From the NCBI RefSeq assembly GCF_964204645.1, contig NC_134032.1:11024275-11088274 (forward strand): DNA of 64,000 nt, read 5' to 3'. Below the pieces are notes generated by a model, which saw only the letters and a program-made list of their open reading frames with translations, had not been told where the DNA came from and did not search any database. Source of the stretch: Tubulanus polymorphus. Lineage: Eukaryota > Animalia > Nemertea. The translations under genes were made by a program, and so were the position numbers. This document shows, piece after piece, positions 45,001 to 55,600 of this stretch (the first letter of the stretch is position 1; every line of letters begins with the position of its first letter).

Positions 45001-48000
45001 AGCCTTCCAAAGAAAGAAATATTTTGCAGGAAAATTAAGATACAGTTATCGTAGATAAAATAGTTAGTTACATTTAAGCAGTTAGTTTTTCCGGTACTGG
45101 GTTGGTATTCGCCGCGCCCGCACGGCACGGACGCGGCTTTAGGATCGGCGCAACGATACCCGACTGGGCACACCGTACACGAACTCGTGCCCGTACTGGT
45201 TTTGAAATACCTGGCAGGGCACTAGAATAAAATGAAAACTAAAATCACATTTCGCAAACACATTCAAGATAATTTCAAAGAGATCATGGAGTCAATGATT
45301 AGATAGTTATGCTGATGCAAGTAGGTTGCCCAGTACTGGGTTGGGGCGCTGACGTTGGATCCGCACAACTCGAGCCCACCGGACACGCCGTACATTTATC
45401 AGCTGCAGTATTAGTATTGTGTACGACTAGTATTGCTGCACACTGAAATTAAGCCACACGATTAATTGTTAATTTTTCGGCCTTTCGGTAGGAAATTATT
45501 TTGCAAAAGTTAGGAAGCAGTCGTTGTAAGTTAAATTCTAGCATTAAAGTTAGTTGATATTTAGACATGACGTCATTTTAGACAGCTATATCAATGGCAA
45601 ATGTAGCACGCATATTTTCATGTATTTTTTATAAGTGAAAAGATGAATACAGTGGAATAACAGATGATATAGTTAGTTACGTTGAGACAATTAATTTTTT
45701 CCGGTGCTGGGTTGGTATTCACCACGTGCGCACGGCACGGGGGCGGCTTTAGGATCGGTGCAACTATACCCGGCTGGGCAAGCCGTACACGAACCGGTGC
45801 CCGCACTGTTTTTGAAGGACCCATCAGGACACTGGAAAAAACATTAACCATAACGCAAAATATACAACAAACATTTTTTTGAGACCAAAACTTTTTACGA
45901 CTTCTTTTGCATTAGACATTTCAAAGGCGAAAGATTATTAGTGAAATTATGAGGTTAATAATCGGATATTTACACTGATGCAAGCAGTCTGCCCTGTATT
46001 GGGCTGGTATTCACCAGGGCCACATTTTTGGGGCTTAAAAGTTGGATCAGCACAACTTGAACCCAGCGGACACTCATTACATGTTTCGGCTCCAGGTTTA
46101 TCGTTGTAAAAACCAGTCGTGCACTGAAATTAAGCCGAAAGTTTCACGGTTTCTTGGTTAGATATCGTTACATCGGAAAAAGTTAGACAGCTTTTTAATT
46201 CATGAAATTACACCGAGCAAAAATGCAGGGTTTGATAAGATATGACTTTAACAGGCAATTTAAACATCGTTTCTCAAAAACTGTACCCTGCATATATAAC
46301 TCAGAAAATTGGTTAGATAGTTACATCGATGCAAGCGCTCTGACCAGGTTTTGGCTGGTATTTGCCGACCTCACAAGCTTGAGGACTCAACAGCGGGTTC
46401 GAACACCGGTGACCTTTCAGACACGGTGTACACGCACCAGTCCCGGAAATTGTCTTGTAATATCCATCGGGGCACTGTAAAATATCAATGGTGCTAAGAA
46501 CTTTCCTAGGATTGACAAAAGAGCGGACAGACAACTTAAAGGAACAGAAAGCCTTAAGTCTCAGGTGGATGACTTAAAAGAATGTTAATTGAGAATTATT
46601 GATTAAACATTGATTCAATTTTCATAACCGATTAGAAGGTTGGCACCTTAAAACATTGACTACTACTGGAATACTGGATACGGATTTCCTGAATAGAGCA
46701 GTAAAGATTATTCATCCCACATGTATTAAGTGTACATTTCTCTTTCTAAGGTTTGCGCGATTATCACAAACATAACCGAATGTTCTGATACGCGCTGACG
46801 ATAATGGTCTTCAGTACCAAGAAACCACGCCAGAGTATAGTAGATAAAAACCCACAATAAAAAGAAAAACTATCTGGTAGCTTAACGTTTCAACTCAATT
46901 CTATGAGCCATTTTCAAAAACAGTTTCTGAAAATGGCTCATAGAATTGAGTTGAAACGTTAAGCTACCAGATAGTTTTTCTTTTTATTGTGGGTTTTTAT
47001 CTACTATTGATATTGGACAGCCACTTGTCTATGGAAACCACGGCAGAGTATCTTCTGTCCATGCGTACTGCAACAGGCTTCTAGTCAACCACCTCGCCAA
47101 CCGGATACTGAAGAATATGAGTATCCTTACGGATTGTCCAGCCCGAGCTGCGGTAATGCTTACGCGGGGTTGTGCAACTAACTGCAGCATCGAATAAACG
47201 ATGAACGAAATTTCGGACTGGAAAATATGAACAAGCACATGTTTACAAAAGACGTTAGATCCCTTAATGTATTAGCGACCATTCCAACCTCTACTTCATA
47301 AGCGTACTTCAATAATTTCATCCTTTTAAATGCGATAAGACATCTACTGACTCCTTTGGGTAACGTCACTACGAAGACAACACCCACGACCATGAATATC
47401 ATCTTCACTGCTTGATTGCTGGAATGTTCCTTTGAACTCGATGTGTGCTTTCGAGTGATAACCTTGCATAAAATTAGCAGAGACAAGGTGGTTATGGTAA
47501 ACAAAGGGATAATACTATCCAATACGAAGGCGTGAAGGCGTCGTATTTGACCAGTATTCGATATAAAACCAAAAAGATATCCCGGTTTGCCATATGGGCA
47601 TGTATATTTACTTTTCACATCTATCTGGAAAAACCGAAACGTGTTTACGAGACAAATTGACAAACTCAACAGACACGCCATCATCCATGTTCTACGGATC
47701 GTAAGCCACGATAACGCGCTTAGCGGAAATAATACATTGATCATCCTTATGAATAAAATATAAACCACAGTCCAAATTGAATTCATCTCGAGGATTGTAC
47801 TAGGGGTAATCGTAAATGAAAGCATGTGAGGCATCATTTCTTGAGATATAACGTAAAAAGCTCCATTTCCCACAATAATGTAAGCCACTAAATATCGAAT
47901 TCCTCCCTTCGACAGCTTGGCTATCAGCGCAAGACAGTCGATTCCTGTATAGTACCGTAGAGTAACGATAGAAACGGAATTCGATTTCTTCGCCATTCCC

Positions 48001-51000
48001 GTGAAAACGATCGTCGATATAACTCCCGAGATCAGCGACACTACTTGTAAGGGTGCGTGTACGAACAGCGTCACCCAAAATCTGGCTTGTTTTGGGCAGG
48101 TAACGTTTCGAAGCATTTAGTCATCGGATCTAGCAGACCTGTATCAATGATGTTGAAGCGCACAGGACGCAACAGTGATAATGGCTTCACAATCAATACA
48201 CCTATGAGTATATAACGTCTACGATCAATTACCTCAATTTGCTCGATGTTGAATCTGAGCAAAATTGCGGTTAAGCATCCTGGGGACAGTAATAAGCGGT
48301 ATGTCCTGCGGACATATGTAATAACGCATCTATTTCGGAGATTCGACCACCATTCATATTCTATGGTCTATGAGGTGCCAACCCTCCGACAAGAGTAGAC
48401 CCCAGGTGAAACTTTAGCAGGTACAGCTGCAAAGAGATCCTGAACCTTGTCACTCGCTGTGACAGCATTTTGTTAATCAAATCAAAAACGGATTTGAAAT
48501 TCGTTACGAGTAACCCCAGCAGCCCCAATTGATTTCATTCATGCTGCTAAAATCTTAAATCAGTGGAATGCTATCTCTTGGTTCAGAATTCAGCCTTCAA
48601 CAAGGAATTTTCAATAAGTAAGGAACAGCATTTGCGGTGAAAACTATTCAAAAAATAGATAGGCGCAATACAGAAAAATACAGTAAGGATATTTACAGAA
48701 ATACAGCTAGTTTGCTGGGTATTTGGTTGGTATTTGCCCTCGCCGCAGGCTTGCGGTGGTATAGTCGAGTTCGCGCAGCTACTACCCACTGGGCACGGCT
48801 TACATGATTGAGCTTTCGTTGCCGTATTGTAAGATCCGGACGGGCACTGTGAAAAATAATTAGTCATCAAGATTAGCAATGTTAGTATCCAAGGAATTTG
48901 CTAATTATAATTCAGCATGGTGTTAATTAGATTAGCTTTGAAACATTTAGATTACGACGTTTAAGAATGTTTCAACACAAGATTTTGTATTAACAGTAGA
49001 TCTTAGGTAGATGTAGTTAGTTACATTTAAGCACGACGTTTTTCCTTTCAATGGTTGGTATTCACGTGCACGCAGTGTGTTAAACGACAACGACAAAAAC
49101 ATTTTAGAGTGTTGGGTCCTCACTTGCGATTTTGTACAAAAATTAAGCACTTTTTATCCAAGTTCAACAGTTAAACTAGACTTATCAAAGTGAATTGATT
49201 TAAAGCAAGAATTTCTCCTATAATTTGAGTGCGATACGTCTACATACAGTTAGAACCCAAGCTTGTTATGCGTGTTGTGAACGTGACCAAAAATTACCAA
49301 TTTCAAACAGATAAGTTAAGCATCAATGCAATGTTTTGAAAGCCAGTTTCAAACAATGTGTTTAACACCAAAAACACCTAAGAAATCTCAGTGAAAGTAA
49401 CTTACAGCCAGGCACGTGGTTTGACCAGCACTTTTTTGATACTCCCCGGCACCGCACGGTGTACCTGCTGCCGTTTTACTGGGACATTTATGGCCTGAAA
49501 ATACAGCATTATGATTGATCTCGCACTTGAATCTCGCACTTTATTATCTATTATTCAACGTTTATTTTCTTTTTTTATTACTAAAATGTACCATACACAA
49601 TTCAAATAATCATCATTAAGACATAGAGTTACATGTAAGTACATGTGCTTCTATATTGTAAAGCGTAGTAAAGAAAAATGACAAAAAGGAGGTGTATTAA
49701 TTCCATAAAAAGCCTAATGCCCTGGCTGAATAGGAATTGGACATCTGAACAGGAAATCCTAACTTATTCAAGAAATTGAATGTCTATTCAGACAAAATTT
49801 TGGCCATTCCTAACTTCCATTGTCAGGCCGAATGTTAGAAAACTGCCTAAAAGTTGTGGTTACAATACACTTTTAATTTCTTAAACTTTTACTTGTCAAG
49901 CGTATGACCTACGATTATCATATTTCTGAAAATTTTGTGCATCAGCATCTGATAGAAGTTAGGACCAGGGGCTGATTTAAGGGATAAAAGCCACTCGCCG
50001 GGGGGCAAAGTGTATCTGAAATCTTGCTTCCCTTGTCATAAATCTGCTTGCCCTACAAGTACCGGTAGTAGGGCAGACCTGCAAGTAGTAGGGCAGTCCC
50101 ATTGGTGGCACAATCATCCGTTGGATCAATTGGGGGAAAAAAGCTTTGAGACGCATTAGTTCACTAGTCCGGCAGACAAGTGACAAACAATTGCCTTAAT
50201 GAATACTCGTCCCGGCCAATCAGACAAGTGCTTAGTTGCAGACCCTGAAGGATCAGGGAGAAAGATCCACACTTCTAAGTTGCTATTCAGTGTTTAAACA
50301 TTCTACAGTTAAATGAACGATCGAACTGCGGGTCCGGCGTAGTGCGTAAAGATTGAATTAAGATTAGAGGCGTTTCGATTACGCTAAATACCCAGCGATT
50401 ATAATATTCTGTATTTCTAACATTTTTCTTACCTGCGCTGCATAGCGTACAAAATGCACCACCTGGAGTCGCGCGGTACGAACCTACAATGACATACAAT
50501 GAATTATTGAGAACATTCTTAAAAATTCTTAATCAAAGAATATTCTAGTACGTAATTCATAGATATTACTCTGACAGATATAGTATCTGCAGAAAATTAA
50601 AAAATGACAATTTTGTGATAATTGCAATCGCTGACGGGTTACTGGTGAAGGGCCATTTGTATATAATTCTTATTGTCAACTGTTAAAAGAAACATGTGTT
50701 TTCGATAAGTAATTTATGGACATTTTCGTTTTCTGCCCTCTGCAAATGTGTTTCATTGTTGTTTCTTACATTAATTTTTAAAATATTGTTAGAAAAAAAA
50801 AATTATTTCGTTTTTTATTTCAGTATTCATTTTCATTTTCGTTTCAGCGAGTTCGCCAGGGAGCTGTTGTTTGAATAATTGAAACGTTCTTTTACGCGAA
50901 AAGGAAACATTAGGCGAATATCGATGAGCATTATTGAAAATAATTCTAGAACGCGATTTCGCAATAATTCCTCACGCGTAATCAATAAGCTTATTCAAAA

Positions 51001-52537
51001 TTTAAAACCTCGCATTAAGGTTAACAGCGCCGCGCTATAATACAAATTGCGGGATTAAGAAAATTCCGGCCGTTTTAAGAATATTTCTCGTCTAAAACTA
51101 TAAAGCGTGGAGTAAATATTACACGCACTTAAGATCACAGTAGAGACAGGTTTTTAAGTGGTGTGCGCTTATCAAATCAACAGTTTATGGTCAAAATCTA
51201 TGTACATGCATTTATATGGGCACATTGCTAAAATCTTAAGTGGACAAATCCCCGAGTACCGATAGTAATGTTTACAGTAAGTTAACAGCCGATATAATGT
51301 TGACGGTATACAGTACTGTGACCTCTGTTGGTTCACAGTGGGACAGTTTAATAATTCATAAACATTACTAAGTCGCATATGGCAACGTGTATATGACAGT
51401 ACACAGCGTTACCGGTCATATATGCGAGTGTCCACTATAGAGCCTATGTATTTCACAGCCTAGTTTTAATATGTAAGAATTTAATTTGAGAAAGTCCTAA
51501 CATTAATTCGAAATCAAAATTCGAGCTTTCGTTTTAACATGAGAACTGTTGATTCTTATGTCACACAAGGACCAAGCAGGACACGATAGATCAGTCCTCC
51601 TAAATAGACCAGCTATCAGCCTAGAAACCCTTGATTTAGAATAAGATCATCCTCTGAAACTTAATCTAACATTTCAAAAGGGCTTCATACTACTCTATTC
51701 AAAAAGGGTTTCGTAATATCTTTCGAACTGGTTTACCCTGAGTTTATTCACAATTTCAAGATCGCACTTCTTTTCAAAAAAGTAAACCTTTTGACTTCGA
51801 TTTTACCTTTTAAATCACCTATTTCTAATCAACTACACACAATACTCATCGGAGCCGATCTTTTCAACTGAATCATTATAAACATAATTTTTTCCAAAGG
51901 TTTTAACAAAATTTTGCGGGATATATTACGAGTTTTGTAACAGTAATACTTATGAAACTTATGACCTTGAAATACGTCGTTAATATATTCCGGCATAAAA
52001 TCTGTTGTATACAGATTAAATATACTTTTACGACAGGAACTAAACAGCGCTTATTTTCTTATCTCTCGGTCGTCGGTCGTTTGTTTGCCAAACTTCTAAT
52101 TTATAATCTCTACATTAGCTCAGCCACGTCTTTGCTGGAGGCGCCATTAAATTAAAATATACACGTTTCGCTCGTTGCAGAAAAACCGACGTAGGCCTAA
52201 CTGGTTTTCCACTGTCTCGACAAATTTGCGTCCCCGAAAGACGATTTAGTTTTAGAGCGATAAAGGCCCGGTTTTATAGACTAGTGGCATTATGTTTAAG
52301 ACCCAGGGGCTAAATCTATCGAAAATGAATTGAGTAAACCCTCGGGTTAAACAAAATACCAGTCTATGAAATTGAGTCCAGGACTCAGTTTCACAAAAAA
52401 GTTAAACTCAAATTTTTGGTGTAATTGCCATTGGTTACTTCATGTTTTCAATGAGGACAACAATTCAAACTTAACTGATATGAGCTTAAACTTTTTCGTG
52501 AAACTAGGTCCAGGGTTTTACAGGATTACCTACTGTT

Positions 52538-52605
<68 letters not shown>

Positions 52606-55600
52606 CCTAGTTTTTTTTAATGTATTCATCCGCGCCTGAAAATGCTTTCTTGAGAACATCGGAAACTGTGTTTCTTTAGTTTTAGATTTAATAGATAAAT
52701 CTTATTTCTTAAGCTTTCATATTTGTATATTGGATTCTGATTATATCATCTATTCTCCACATCTGAGCCTGACTATTCTTCTACAGGATGATGATACTGT
52801 TGGTTATATTGTTATATAGGCCTAAGATATTTGAAAATTTGAAAGTGCTTGACTTCGCTTTGCTTGCGAGATAGGATCTTTCATTTTTTCATTACCTGAA
52901 GCGCAGGCTGTACACTGAATACTGTTAGCGGACGAGTACGAGCCCGCTGGGCACGCGGTTAACTTCGTTTTATCCGAGCACTCGTTTCCCGCCGTGCACG
53001 CCAAGCAATCCGTCTGCCCGAGATCCGGTTGATACGTTCCGTCCGGGCAAACGACGGCAGCCGTGAGGCCCGCGGTCGGACACTTACTACCTGCAACGAA
53101 ATAAACCTTCGGTCAACCAGGAACAAAATGTGAAAAACAAATTATTGATTAACGATTGATTCAAACGAATAGGATTAATCTTGTCCTCGAGCAAGCCGCG
53201 AAAAACATTGTCTACGTTTAGTAATCAGCAATCAAGGCCGCCATCACACGGAGACGATTTGGCACTGGTCAAACCAGACCCCGAGCCAAATTACCATATC
53301 GTATCATTCTTGCAATCCAAAGGGAGGCTTTTTACAGCCTATTACTTTTATAGCCTATTATTAGATGGCCATGCTTAAGCAAGAGGCTCGTTCACACATG
53401 AAACAGTCAATAAAATGCTTTCAAAACGAAACCGCAATACAGGAGGCTAGTCGATTTTGGTGCAGAGTTTTTGTTTATATCCTAATGTTCCATCATCGGT
53501 TTTCTTTATCCCCAGCATTTATAATAATAATAATGATGATAATAACTGTCATTTATATAGCGCAGGTATCCAAACCTAGAATTTGTTCAAATGCGCTCAA
53601 TTTGGTATCATTACCCCCAGCCTTTAAATCTATTCATGTCTCAGTCATCTCTCCCTGGGGAGAAGTAACATCTGAGCAGCTACTTGGCACTCAGGAGTCA
53701 TCTATCAGACGAGGTACCCATTTTACCCCTGGGTGGAGAGAGGCAATGAGGATAAGTGTCTTGCCCGAGGACACTACGGTAATGTACAGGGTTCGAACCC
53801 ACGACCTGGCTTCCCAGAGTCGAACGCTTTAACCACTCAAATATTTATAACAAGAGGGTTTATTTTATGTACCTTTAGGACACTGTACGCACGTAGAGTC
53901 AGACGCCGCTCTGAAAGAACCGGCCAAACATTTATCGCAGACCGTTTGAGCAGAGTTTGCGCTGTAACCCGGCGAGCATGCCTTTAAGAAGGAAAAAAAA
54001 ACATTTTTAAAACAGTCAATCTTAAATTTTGACAAATTACAGCCAAAAACTCACTAAAGGCGTCTTTGTTGGGACTATCATTGCATTGATGACTTATCCA
54101 AAAGATGATTTTTACTCTTAGTAAATTGATGAATTGGAAATACAAATTACGACTCAAAAATAGGGACGATCTAAGTGATAAGACGACTTATACGCTGATG
54201 ACTTAAGCAAGTTCGATTGAATTGTTCTTTTTAAACCAGTAGAAATAGAATTCCTCATTGAAATAGTTATCGAAAACAATACCTCAAACTTTCAGGCTTT
54301 TGATTTTCCCCTCAAAATATTGAAAGCATTTGTGAAGTAAATTTGTGAATAAAAATCTTTTTTGCTCGAAATTTCAAAATCAAGAAACACAGAAATATAT
54401 GTTACGCAATTATTGGCAATTTCTGAAAATAAATTTTTTTTCTCGTTTTCTTCACTATTTCAAGGAAAGTGAAGCGGATTTTAAGGATAACAAAATTTTC
54501 AAGACATTAAAAAGCGCAACTTCTTCTTAAAACTCTGTTAATCTCATTAAGATTGGAGAGATTTAGAATTGTTAAAATTTGAAAAATATTCTTCTTACCT
54601 GCGGGGCGTTGGTCGTAGTTGGACAAATATGACCGGACGGACAATTCGTACAAGTCGCCGCTCCCGATACTGAATACTGCTTCGCCGAGCACGGAGTTTG
54701 GGTACTACTCGTACAGCCGTAGCCGGCTGGGCACGGACTACACACAGAACCAGCTGCGATCGCCACCTGCCCGCTGGCGCAAGCGACGCACGCCGCGCTG
54801 GACGTCGCGCCCGAACTCGGATTACCGGTGCCCGCGTTACAAGCCTGCCTCGCCGAAGTACCTCCGACACAACTGCAATGAAAATCGAATGTTTTCATAA
54901 ATAGGAGACTAAAGTCTCTTTTTTGTGCTATAATTTTCACCAAAATTTAACATTAAAATAGTATTGTAATTGAAAATGAACTAGAAGCCATTATCATTTT
55001 AAGAATTTTTTGGATTTTTAAGAGAAAAAGTAGCTTTTAAAGGAGTAGTATCTACTCTCTCCTCGCAGTCAGGTCCAGTTGGTTTAAACACAATTAATAT
55101 TTACATAGGAATTTGGTTATTACGTAAGATGGGGAACACAAAGCACCTTAAAGGCTGTAATACAATTACAGAACTTTCACGTTAAAGTAATCAAATAATT
55201 ACCGAATTCACTGAATTATTCGAAAAGATCATCGCAAATTATTTGTAGAATTCAAAAATATCGAAAAAAAACCCTCACGATTCGTCGATAATCTAATCCA
55301 ATTTTGGTTAACTTGTGAAGCAAGTTATATTGAAGAAATGGCTCAGTAAAATGGTTGCGCAAATGAAATATTCAATGCTTGTCTTGTTTGTAATGAGTTT
55401 AATTTTTTGAAACCGACTAGTTTGTGGTAGCCTACTCACTAATATCCAGGGCCGCATTGAACACATGAACTACTCGCGGAATCCCAAAACTGACCCGCCG
55501 CACAGCTAGTAGCATTTACCTCATCTGTAAAGAAAAAAACATTGTTTTCAAATGAATAAAACATATAAATAAATGATTAATACGTTGATTTGTGATTCGT

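Larger units (their letters stand above)
37486..48520. repeat. Recent tandem segmental duplication, period ~4.7 kb (receptor gene plus cassette exons)
   Basis: Near-identical intronic and coding sequence recurs at offsets of about 4714 and 4733. A 2054-bp deleted unit lies at ~35.5-37.5 kb and an older diverged unit at ~28.7-33 kb. Confidence 0.92.
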
